Translations under genes and position numbers: made by a program
In this document: one piece after another, positions 37,431 through 49,400 of the stretch
Position numbering within the stretch: position 1 is the stretch's first letter
Layout: every line of letters starts with the position of its first letter
Notes under the pieces: generated by a model
Told to the model about the DNA's origin: nothing
What the model saw: the letters and a program-made list of their open reading frames with translations, nothing else
Databases searched by the model: none
Source: Eledone cirrhosa
Taxonomy: Eukaryota
NCBI GenBank assembly: GCA_964016885.1
Contig: OZ024742.1
Coordinates: 38,068,001 to 38,132,000 of the forward strand
DNA: 64,000 nucleotides
Direction of reading: 5' to 3'

Positions 37431-39493
37431 CCATTACTGCTACCACTATATTATATTATTCTGTTCCTTAAAGTCTGTTTATGTGACACTTCACCTAAGA
37501 AGTAATGAAAAAGTGAAAGAAGGAAGAGAAACAGTATAACTGTAATAGCAATCAAAGTAACAATAATTTAGGGCAGAGGAAGAAAGCTGAATCAACAAGT
37601 CTGTATGGTTTTACCATTCTTTATGGTGTCTACACACCTCCACCCCTCCAACTAGCAATTTAATCTTTTAGTTGAATAAAAATGGGACAGGTTATGGTGG
37701 GAATTCATAGCTAAAATTATTACTGTATATATATATATATATATACATATATATATCTGATGATGATGATGATGATACATACATATGTATATGTGTGTAT
37801 GCATGCGAACACACACACATGTATGTTTTTCCATACTTATAACATGATGTTAGAGAAAAATTAAATTAATTCAAACACATCCAAACATGTATGGTAGTAC
37901 ATAGTATATTTCTATACAATTTTTCACAACTACATAATATACATGTTGAGGTAATATTTAAAAAAAAGCAAACCCCAAAAGATGTGTATATGCAGTAAAA
38001 TGACATTCCGAGTTAATATAAAAAAGAGAGAGGGGAAAAAAAGAAAGAAAACCTATATAAACTAGTTCTCTTGAGAAAAAATGTATTTAAACATTATCAG
38101 TTTCCTCTTTCAACAATGACAGCATTATATCACACATATATACTACATATAGTGTGATCTTGTATTCTTCAGGAATACGTGTGTGTGTGTGCGAGAGAGA
38201 GAGTGTGTGACTTGGCACCGACTATATTTTTAGTCGACAGTAAAAACAGTAGCATCTTTGTGTATCTTTTAAAAAAAATAAGTCAGAGATTGTTGTTGCT
38301 TACTTTAAATTCTGATTTGGTTGAGAGGTATTGAACATTTAAAAATTAAAATGTGCAATCTGAGAGATATATATAGAAGAGAGAGACAGATAGCAATGTA
38401 GGAAGAATGAGATTGAAAGAGAAAGAGAGAGAATGAAAAAAAAAACAGGCACAGAGAAATAAACAGATAGAATGAGGGAAAGATAATAATTTTTTAGGTT
38501 TAAACTTTACAAGTATAAAATTTCCAATTTTTATATTAAAAAATATAAGAATACTATTTCAAACTGTAAGCTATAAAGAAAACAAATTCTTTAAAGATAC
38601 CACACAATATGAATAATAAAAGCAATTCTTTACTTTTCAAAAAAGAATGGTAGGAGAAAAGAAAAAAGTATCCCAAAAATTTAAGATGACATTTTTGGAG
38701 TTAAATTTTAAAATATTAACACAACTATGAACAAACATGTTTTGCAATGCAGACTACAAGTAAATTAATACTAACCAGAGGTATTAAATGTCTTAAGTTA
38801 AAGCTAACATGAGGTCCTGCTGAATCTAAACAAAATAAAGTAAAATAAAATGCCCTGTTGAATTAAATGTTCAAGCAGCACAAGTGCAGAATAAAAGTAT
38901 CAATATGTTGTAACAAGCAATATGTTTAGAATCTTACCTGATACAACCACATCTTCTAATTTTATGTAATCCCAAATGTACAGGGTAATCAAAAAAATCC
39001 AAATGTTTTGTTGTTGTTGTTGTTTTATTTATAAAATATAACTTTTTCTTTTTGAAAATTAAACTTAAAACATTTGTCGAAATGATACAATGACAGAAAT
39101 GAAATGAAGATGGAAGTATCATAGAAACAGGTCAAAAAAATTCTAATTAGCATCTCACATGATTTTAAGGGCTCAGATGAAGGAACTGGTTTGTTTGGCA
39201 GAATTTAGTAATGAGCTCTGGACGAAGATCCCTAGTTTCTCCTTGTTCCCTGAATAAAGAGCCTATGAACAATGACTATATGTATGAGGAGATACTCAAA
39301 TTTTGGTTAGTTGGTGGGAACATGTGTTTTTAACTACAAGAGGTTAGAGAGGAGGATAAGGAAGAGGAGAGTGGGGGACTTAGATGAGCCTGGAGTAGGT
39401 ATGGGTGAAACAAAGTGACTACTGTGCTAGGGTAGGGGAACATCATTTAGTTAGCAGGAAGTTCTAAGCTGAATATACAGCATTATATATATG

Positions 39494-39602
<109 letters not shown>

Positions 39603-40668
39603 GCTACAACTGACCAGTAAAGTAAGTAGGAAGAAGGGTAGCAGTCTTCACCACTTGTTGGATCACTACTGCCACTTATATGAACAAGTGTAGCCAATTT
39701 TTTAATGTTGTCTTCCTTTACAGAAATTCTTACTAATTGGTACTTATGAGATTATATAGCTACACACAGCAATAGACTGTGACCAACACCAATAAATAAT
39801 AAATATATAATCCAGAATCTATTCATATTTGTTATTTGTTTTGTTATTGTTTCACTCTCTTTCTACCATAATTTTTGTAATCATTTGTATTGTAATTTGC
39901 TGAACATTAAAATACCAATTATATATTGAAATTTGTTGAAAACTGCTGTCTATGTCCCACTTAGAATAGATACAACATGTACCTGTATGTCATAAAAAGT
40001 GACTAGAAGTGTTGGTTATAGGAAGGGAATTCAGCCAGAAAATGTTGCCTCAGAAAGAAACCCATAGGAGCCTCTGTAAGACTAACACCTGCTTTAACAG
40101 GGATCATGGTTTTAAAATAGTTGAATGTGTTGAAAGAATATTTCACATTCATAAATTTTTCAACTTTTCTTTTGAGTTGAGAAAAAGAAATGATAATAAA
40201 AGAGTAAGCATGTTCAAAAGCTGATGATAAGTCCAGGTGAAAAAGGAAATCAAAAAGTAGGATAGATTCTGACTAGAAGCAAAAATCTTGAATAAACTGT
40301 TATCAAGTATGCTTAATTTTTTTACACTGATTTGACAACAGTGTATCATCTTCAACAGCTGTTGGATTAGTAAATATTGTTTAATCCTTTGTTAAAGAAA
40401 TCACTTATAACCTTAAGGGTATATTATTTTTTTTTTCTTAAAGCAATAAATGTAAATATGGAAGAGAAGAAAGCAACACATGAAAAAACAAGGAATAGAA
40501 AAGGGGGGAAAGGGTGGGTTGAATAGAAAGGCAATAAGAAATAGTCAAACAAATTAAGATAAAGACAAAAAGAGAAAGAAAAATGAATGAGAGAAAAGAA
40601 TAAAATAAAATAGTGACGTACAAAATCGCTTCTAAATATAATTAGGAAACTATATTGTAATTATATCA

Positions 40669-40840
40669 GGGCAGTGGTTTGGCAGTATCGGTAGAGCGTT
40701 AGACACCATGTTTTGCAGCATAGTTATGGCCCTTTGCGTTCTGAATCCGCCGAGGTTAACTTTGCCTTTCATCCTTACAAGGTCGATAAAATAAAGTACC
40801 AGTGGTGCACTGGGTAATCGCTGGCCTTGTGCCAAAAGTA
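40669..40840 (+). mobile_element. Nin/Deu-type tRNA-derived SINE (family C) with long TSD
   Basis: tggcagtatcggtagagc head, ttgcctttcatcctt..ggtcgataaaataaagtaccag core; direct repeat gaaactatattgtaattatatca at 40646-40668 and 40841-40863. Confidence 0.92.
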
Positions 40841-41067
40841 GAAACTATATTGTAATTATATCAAATGTTTATAGCTTTACTGGCAAATGGATTATTGTGA
40901 AAATTTGCAGTATTAGAGTAAAGATTTAATCTTTAATGTGATGCAGTCATAGTGCTGTTTTATAATTTTCAAGAATGATGTGGTAATAATGACTGGCAGT
41001 ACAAGACATTAAGAGTTAATAGTTAATTTTCATTGAACAAATGTTACTATCAAATGATATTGCAAGT

Positions 41068-41225
41068 TGGCAAAGGTGTGGCTGTGTGGTTAAGAAGATG
41101 CCTTCACAACCACATAGACTTGGGTTCTATCCCAGTGTGGCATTTTGGGCAAGTGTCCTCAACCTTAAGCCAACCAATGCATATGAGCAAATTTAGTAGA
41201 TGGAAATTGTATAAAGCTCGTCATA
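41068..41225 (+). mobile_element. tRNA-headed CORE-type SINE (family B) 5' part
   Basis: tggctgtgtggttaagaag (A box), gggttctatccc (B box), tttgggcaagtgtcctc. Confidence 0.65.
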
Positions 41226-42842
41226 TACATGTGTATATATATAAAACCTACATATAAAGAAGAGAGCAAGATAGCTAAATGGAGAAAAGAGATAGATGAC
41301 ACTTCAGTCTATCCAAGCATGTGACAACCCCTCAAGTACTGATGTGGTGTGCTGACAAAATACGGCCAGTACATTCTGTGAAGTGGTAGTGCTGATGCCC
41401 AAATAAAATGCACCCACTACATGCTGTAAAGTGGTTAACATTAGGAAAGACATCTAGCCATATTAATCATGCCAAATATGAAATGTACCAGCAAGATGAG
41501 GTCTCTCCAACACGCCTAGTCGAGGAGAGTAACAACACATCCAAGCCAAGCCAGCCTGGAAAGCAGATGAAAAATAATGATATAATGACTGTATGTATGT
41601 ATTTATGTATGTATGTACATATACATATACAGAATATTATAGCATTATTCACTTTACGTCAGAGTAATCAATTAATTTGATTATGTAACAAGAATCAGGG
41701 GCTGCTTACAGTTGTGTTTTACTCAACAGTCGAATCATTTCATTTGGTAAATTCTGTGGTAGTTCCACTAAAGCTTCCAAGTGAAACAATTTGCCGAGTA
41801 TATAAAATTTACAAAATTATTATTTAAAACATCATAATCCAGAAGAGTAGAAATAACATTTATTGCATAACACTGACACGTGTTTCATTGATGTATAACA
41901 TATCAGTCTAGGATCGCTAATATTTGACTATTTCAATCAAATCAAATCGAATCCAACTACTTAAAAAATCATATGTTGACACAACAAATTTTCAATATAT
42001 GTATATTATATATTTATACATATCTATGTATATACTGTTTATACTTGAATATAAACCGAACCCCTATTCTATGTCTGAGAAATGAGCAAAAATCTAAACC
42101 CTGTGTAAAAGCTGAGTCAGTTAATCAGCGTATGTTTAGATGGTGCAGTTTTAAAATTCTCATGAGTCGAGAATATATTCATGACGTTTTAATATTTTGA
42201 TATTTAAAATGTTTTAAGTATCATTTAGTGTGTATTTTTTGTTTCACAACTCCATTACATAATGATTTTTTTACCATTTCATTCATTTTATAAAGTTTCA
42301 ACAAGTTTCTTGAATTTTATTTACTTCTGGCTACTCAGGGGAGATCGAAACTATGTGCAAAGGGACATAATGAATAGGGAATAGTTGAAAGAAAGAGATT
42401 AACTTAGAGAACATTGTATAAAGATTAAGTAGAAGGAGGAGAAGAGGGAGAAAGAGAAAAGATGAAAGCAAGAGAAGGGATAGAGTGCAAGAGCAATAAA
42501 AGACTGAAGTAAGATTGAAAGTAAAAGTATAATTAAGACATATAAAGAGTTGGTGCATGTGTGTGCATGTTTGTGTAGGTGATATTTATGTATTAAAAAG
42601 TTCAAATTATAAAAATTTGTTGGAAAAGTTTTCAAGGTAATACATAAGAAACACTCATGAAGTTGTGAATGAAAAGCAGTTTTCATTGCAAAATAATCAC
42701 TCCAGATATTTTAGCACCTTATTTACATAGAATTCAAAGTTGTTGAAAATCGTCAAAATATCAACCTCAAACATAAGCCACTCCACATTCTACCATCTAT
42801 TTTTTTTTTTGGGGGGGGGGGGGGGGGGTCACATATTTTGGT

Positions 42843-42845
<3 letters not shown>

Positions 42846-42913
<68 letters not shown>
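42846..42913. repeat. (TA)n microsatellite
   Basis: Directly visible. Confidence 0.97.
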
Positions 42914-42916
<3 letters not shown>

Positions 42917-43072
42917 TGAAATTCCGTTATATTGAAATTCACGGGGTTAAAAAAAATTCATTGCAACGAAAAATTCTTTATAACGAGATTGACCTAACAC
43001 ATTGAGTTTGTGGCTGGGGATTGAGAAAAATTTTATTATACTGAAACATTCGTTATAAAGGAATTTTACCTG
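42914..43072. mobile_element. pogo/Tigger-type MITE
   Basis: TA|cagtgaaattccgttata ... tataaaggaattttacctg|TA; imperfect TIRs, TA flanks. Confidence 0.75.
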
Positions 43073-43129
43073 TATATATATATATATGTATGTATATATG
43101 ATTATGATATATATATATATACATGCTCT

Positions 43130-43960
43130 AAGGATTGGCAGCACCACTCGACTGCTGCACATATGAATCAAGGAGCGCGTCAGCACTAGGGCATCTTTTT
43201 GAAAATAAATCACCAAATGTAGAAATAAAGACGGAAGACTCACTATCACAGTGCTAGCAACAGAATACAAGTTTGGAACTCTAAGGATCAAGGAAGCACT
43301 TTAGATAAAACAACTGGAACCGCCAATCAACAACAGATCCGGAACAAATGAAACGCGGTGGCTAGTGTAACCCGAACGACGACACACACAACAAATAAGC
43401 TAATGAATGCTATTGTACATTTCACCTGCCCATCGGCATACTAACAAACAAATAGACGGAAAGGCTCTGCTACTACTACTATGCTGTATCTCTCACCAAT
43501 ATTTCACCCACCCACCTACCACATCAATCTGAACCACTACCAGAACACAAGGAAACATCAACACTGGCATATGTGCAAATATGCCATACCACATCCATCC
43601 CATGCTTTAGTGGCAACTACTAACTTTAATGACCTCTGAATAACCGCACTAATTTTGCGTATGCATGCCTGATGGGGAATAATCTTTGACGTATTGCAAT
43701 CAGTCTGACACTGACGCTAGCTACAAATGGCCACGTAGTTTCCTTTTCCAACTAATTTATTTCCCTTCGGAACCCCCAACGATGGAGGTGAAATCCAAAA
43801 TATAGGGACGAATAAATCTATTCCAAGGTAACTTCATCTCTGGTTTTCTTTTTACGTTTCTGTCTACATTTCTCTTCCTCCTTACCCACTTTCTTCCTAT
43901 TGATTTTGTTACCTGGAGATTTATCCCTCTGCATTGTAGAGGCTTCCAAAAAGGACTATT
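43130..43960 (+). mobile_element. Penelope-like element 3' fragment (GIY-YIG C-terminal half plus 3' region)
   Basis: Manual translation 43134-43370: IGSTTRLLHI*IKER...LRIKEAL*IKQLEPPINNR, matching YIGxTxRxLxxRxxEH...RxIxEAxxI...PxxN. Flanked by (TA)-rich runs. Confidence 0.8.
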
Positions 43961-44422
43961 TTATATATATATATATATAAATATAAACACACAGACACAT
44001 ATAAAGACACATACATGCAGACACACATACACACATTTTAAACACTGAAGTTCAAAGAAGTAGCTACACAGATAGACACAAATGTACATGCATACACAGA
44101 CAAGAAACACATCTTAAAAAGACAAGCTGGAGTAAAATAGAACAAAGAGAAGACACAGAGTAACAAGTAGAGCCATTGAATAGGTGACAGGTTGTGTGAC
44201 AAAAGAGGTATAATAATTAACATGATAATTAACAATTAAAAAATTATCCGGTTATTAAACTAACAGATGAATGGATTAGTTACTCAACTAAGTGGAACTC
44301 AACTATTGCATGTTTTTTTATTGGCAGCATGACCCTGCCAAAGTATAATATATATCATCATCATCATCATTTTACGTCCACTTTTCCCTGCTTGCAAGGG
44401 TTGGACAATATACATATATATA

Positions 44423-44905
44423 TCTAAACTATAATAAAGTAAGAAGCGCGGGACTGCGTACGGTTTATAATTTTTTATCCCATTAGTAAAATAAGTTGGA
44501 TTACTTTGAATAAATAATGAATGAATATTACATAATTTATCTACTAAATTTCGTGGCTGTTCATTAAATATATTTTATTATTTAAAGATTCACTTCTTTA
44601 AATTTTTAAAATGTCAACACTTCTGGTGGCGATCGCTTAAATAAACATTAATTGTCTGTTACTAATTTTCTCCTAATGCAATTTATATATAATATCGTCT
44701 TTTTTTAAATGTATCATGGATTACGTTACTGCTGATTACATAAGACAGTGTAATGAAGTCTTCGTTCAATTTCTGTGGATATTGTCAATTACGATTTTAT
44801 TTGATGTATCATATCTACATGCATATATACTTGCATATAATATCAATCAATATACACACTACACATGCTAGCAGAAAACCACCCGATGGGTGGTTTTTCT
44901 GCTAG
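44423..44905 (+). mobile_element. Non-autonomous Helitron, intact (483 bp)
   Basis: A|TCTAAACTATAATAAAG ... hairpin agaaaaccaccc-gat-gggtggtttttct, then CTAG|T; no TSD. Confidence 0.9.
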
Positions 44906-45399
44906 TAGTTTTAAAAAAGGACAAACACAGAAATACAATAACAATACTCATATTGGTTTCACACGCAAAAGAGAAGAAAAGTTCAATGTATTAGACATTA
45001 GTCCTTCATCACGAGTTGAGGAAATATGAGATAAGGTTTAGAGAATAGAAATAGAGGAAAAAACAAAGAAAAGGTTCCCAATTTGAAGATAAAAAGAGAG
45101 CGGCCATGTGAGTGTGGGGGTGTGTGTGTGTGTGTTGTATTTAAGATTTTTTGGTTGGACGTGGTGAGGGAGGATGTTAGTAGTTAATTTTGATATATGT
45201 AAAGTTGTGCACTAAGTGGCCATAGTATACAATAAATTTATATCTGTATATATACCATATAGAGGTAACTGAGACCGTGTTTATAAACTTGTAAACATGT
45301 CAAATATATATATTTCCCTATAAATTGAAAAAATCATAAATATCTGTGATTGATTTTCGAACCTAGTTGGATTCTGATCAGAAAATATGTTATTTAAAC

Positions 45400-45660
45400 C
45401 AGTGTTTCTCAACCTTTTCTCCCTTGTGGCCCATTTTTTCAGGTTCACATAAATACAAACAGAAATTCCATGTAACAAGAAATATATTTTATTTACAAAA
45501 GCAAAATGTAGTAGAGAATATATTTGCCTTTAAAAATAAAGTAAAGCAGTTTGTTTTCATAATTTTACGATAGTTGAAAAAAAAAAAAAAGAATTTCAAA
45601 GCCCTCCTATTTTCCTTGGGCAAACTCCAGGCCCATTTTTTTAATTTCTCAGGACCACTG
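45400..45660. mobile_element. hAT (Charlie-like) MITE with 8-bp TSD
   Basis: atttaaac|CAGTGTTTCTCAACC ... ggacCACTG|atttaaac; exact 8-bp duplication at 45392-45399 and 45661-45668. Confidence 0.85.
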
Positions 45661-46511
45661 ATTTAAACAACCACAAAGATATATGTAACCAACGGATTTA
45701 CATACTCTATCATTTATAGTACTATCCTGAAATGGATGTACTAATTTGCATATTATTAATAATCTTATTAGTAATCTTATTGGTAGTTAATCTTGATATA
45801 AGCTAAATTTTGTGCTAAGAGGTGGTGAGGCAGAATGGAAACATACCAGTGCCAATGAAACAGGTGTGTAAGGCTGTCTGAAACTTTGTCATACTGGATA
45901 GTGTTCCATTTGTGTTAGGGAGATTGGACATCCAAAGAATAAAGGTCAAGTTGGCTCCAAGTCACATAGGCCATCTTGAGTTCCCTGATCGTAGTAAGCA
46001 TTAATGTGTTGTGGAGAATCTTATTGATAAGGATGTAACAGGAAGCCAGAGATGAAAGAATTATCAGTAGTCTCGCTCTTCATTGGGTCAAGTTGGAATA
46101 CCTATCTGGAATACCTATTTACAGTCATAGTAACTTTTTAAAAATAAAATAGATGAAAAATATTTTTAAAATTATAATTATAATCAATTTCCAAAGACCA
46201 GTCCAGAGTGATGGATTCACAAAATTGTTAGAGGGTTGGACAAGATGTTTTGTGGTGTTTATTCCGGCTCTTTGTAGTCCGAGTTCAAATCCTACTCAGG
46301 CAATACACTTAACCCATTGCACAGTTTAACACCATTATTTGGCTCTTTGGGTGCTTTAGCAGATATCACTTTTTTGCAAGCACTCAGGAGAGGCCTCTGG
46401 TTTGAGCATACTTTCCTCCCAACCTCCCACCAGTTTTCGAAGCCCTGAAAATATTGTCCTTAACTATACAGTAAAAAAATAAATAAATACATAAACTATA
46501 AATTTGTAAAA

Positions 46512-48340
46512 CAAGTTAGTTGACCAGGTCATAAAGGTCACAGAAAGAGTTATAGCGCAACTAATCAGAGAGCGAATTGATCTAGATGAAATGCAGTTTG
46601 GGTTTGTGTCAGGTAAAAGTATCACAGACGCTCTTTACCTTGTACGACAACTACAAGAGAAGTACCTAGCTAAAAGTAAACCCCTCTACTTAGCTTTTGT
46701 AGACCTGGAGAAAGCCTTTGACAGAGTCCCCCGCTCCATTATCTGGTGGGCTCTTAGAAAACTAGGTGTAGATGAATGGCTTGTGAGAGCTATACAAACT
46801 ATGTATAATGAAACAGTCAGTAAGGTTAGAATTAACGATGAATATTGTGAAGAATTTAGTGTAAAAGTTGATGTTCACCAAGGCTCTGTCCTTAGCCCCC
46901 TCCTATTTATTATTGCCCTTCAGGCTATAACAGAGGAGTTCAAGACCGGCTGCCCATGGGAACTCCTATACGCAGATGATCTAACATTCATAGCTGAAAC
47001 AATGGCTGAACTAGAGAAGAAATTCCAAACATGGAAGCATGGCCTAGAATCAAAATGCCTTAAAGTTAACTTGTCTAAGACTAAAGTCCTAGTTTGTAGA
47101 AAGGAAAATAAGGCACAGGTACCCTCATGGAAATGGCCATGCTCAGTGTGTAGGAAAGGAGTAGGCAGAAATTCAATTTTATGTCCCAAATGCAAAGTAT
47201 GGGTACATAAAAGATGTAGTGGAATCACAGGTAAACTATCTAAGAACGTAGACTTTATATGTGGCCGATGCTCAGGTGCAATAGGTAGCAGGTGTCCACA
47301 GGATACTATCTCCTTCTATTGCCCAGATGGGTCTATAGAAATAGTAGACACTTTCCATTACCTGGTGACGAAATCAGCAGTGAGGGAGGGTGTTCTGAAA
47401 GTACAGTAGCCAGAGTCAGAACGGGATGGAAAAAGAGAGAGCTTATACCGCTGTTGGCCACAAAAGGTTTCTCTCTAAAAATGAAAGGCAGATTGTATGA
47501 TGCTTGTATACGAACAGCAATGCTACATGGCAGTGAGACATGGGCATTACGTGCAGAGGACCTGCGCAGACTGGAAAGGAATGAAGCATGCATGCTCCGT
47601 TGGATGTGTAATAGTAATATACGTGAACGGCAAAGCATAAATGAACTAAGTGACAAATTAGGAATAAGAGGGATCAGATGCTGTTTACTTGAGAGAAGAC
47701 TATGTTGGTATGGCCACGTGATGCGCATGAAAGACGACAGCTGTATAAAAATGTGCAGGGCGATCAAAATTGATGGTAGTTAAGAAGTAGGTAGACCCAG
47801 AAAAACCTGGGACGATCTGATAAATTCCAACCTCATACACTTGCACCTCTCTAAGACAATGTCACTGGACCGAGATCTTTGGCACTACGCAGTAATACAG
47901 AAAACCCGCCTTGCCTATGTACAAAGCGAAACCTACAGTCAGTAGGCACCTCTTAACCAAATATACACCCCAATCCACTACACCTACCCTATCCTCCCAC
48001 TCCCACAAACACCACCCTCTCTCTGTAAAGTTGGTACCAGAATATCCAGTCCAAATAAATGAGATAATGAGATCGAGATCTTGTAGGTGTCACGAGAAAA
48101 AACACAGTCCACGCTGTAATGTGGTCGTGTAGGTAACACAGTAAAAAGTTCCCAGTTCCACACTGTAAATGTGGTTGGTGTTAGGAAGGGCATCCAGCCA
48201 TAGAAAACCTGCCAGATAGACCTATATGAGCGAGACACGGTCACCTGACCAACCTTGCCTCAAGTGGGACAACTCCCGTCTAACCCATGCTAGCGTGGAA
48301 AATGGACGTTAAACGAAGATGATGATGATGATGATGATGA
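46512..48340 (+). mobile_element. 5'-truncated RTE LINE with PHD finger inside RT
   Basis: QFGF, AFVDLEKAFDRV, HQGSVLSPLLF, LLYADDL, KVNLSKTKVL, C4HC3 insert (47140-47271), IEIVDTFHYL/G, HGSETW, WYGHVMRM, 3' UTR, (GAT)n. Confidence 0.95.
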
Positions 48341-48734
48341 TTTAAGATAACGAAAATGGGGTAAATAGAAAAACAAATTCTAACTTTACAAAACAGACAA
48401 CATTCATAAATAAAGAAAACTCTGTTTACAAACAGATAGAAATATTTAAGCAATCCTTTTACTGTTTATTTACATAAAGGATTACAGATTCTGTTTATAA
48501 ACAAATTAATTTTAGAAATTATAATTGCCTTTAAGTATCCAGTCAGTAATTCAACTCTTGAATTATGTTTATGATTTGTAGATAAAATAGACCTTAATCT
48601 AATAGCTTGTTACTGAGTAGACAGCATCCCTGAACCATCTAAGATGGCAGTAACTCCAAATAGAAACTGATTCAGATAGTGATAACTCATCCAACATGCT
48701 AGATGAAAAGCAGATGTAAAATAAGTGGTAATAA

Positions 48735-49400
48735 GACCTTCTTCTTGTGACGCTAAACTCTGCCAGTTTCAGACTCCGCATTAACATGTGATATCTCTCT
48801 CCACAAAGTTCAATCACCAGCAGCAGGGTTCAAAGAGCAAAGATCAAGTACAGTCCATAAGTTGACATTGTCAAGCCATCGTTTTGGCTGCCAGCCTCTG
48901 CTTCTCTTACCAGCCGACCTTCCTTCCAGGCATAACCTACTCACACCACAAGTTGATCTTTTTATATGACTGTATAGTTTGAGTATTCTTGACTTGACAA
49001 TTGATGTAATTGGTCTAAGTCTGGTAATGTTGAGCAGCTCACTGATACAGATACGCTCGCTGAGCAGCTTGCCAGTCATAAGTCTCATGGTGTGGTTCTG
49101 GAATGTAGAGCTTCTCAAGTGACCTTGTCGTCCAATTAACACAGTCAAGACCATATAACACAACTGGTAGGATGTAAGTATCAAAGATCTTAGCCTTCAA
49201 ACAATAGGAAACTTGTTTTGATGTTAGTACTTCCTTGTTCTTGTTGAAAGCTGCCCAACCTAGAGTGATTCGATATTGCGCAGCAACCATTCCATTGTTG
49301 TTTGATGATAGTTTGTGACCGAGATATACAAACTCCATAACTTGAGCAATTTGCTGGTTGTAGATTGTGAGTTGGAGATTGGCATTGTATTTATCAGTTG
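48735..49400 (-). mobile_element. RTE-type LINE 3' fragment, third lineage
   Basis: EFVYLGHKL..RITLGWAAF..KAKIFDTYILPVVLYG; LEGRSAGKRSRGWQPKRWLDNV. Confidence 0.85.

Noticed and set aside
47140-47271. Host PHD-finger gene exon
   Set aside because: In frame with RT, no splice signals, and repeated at the same position in three LINE copies.
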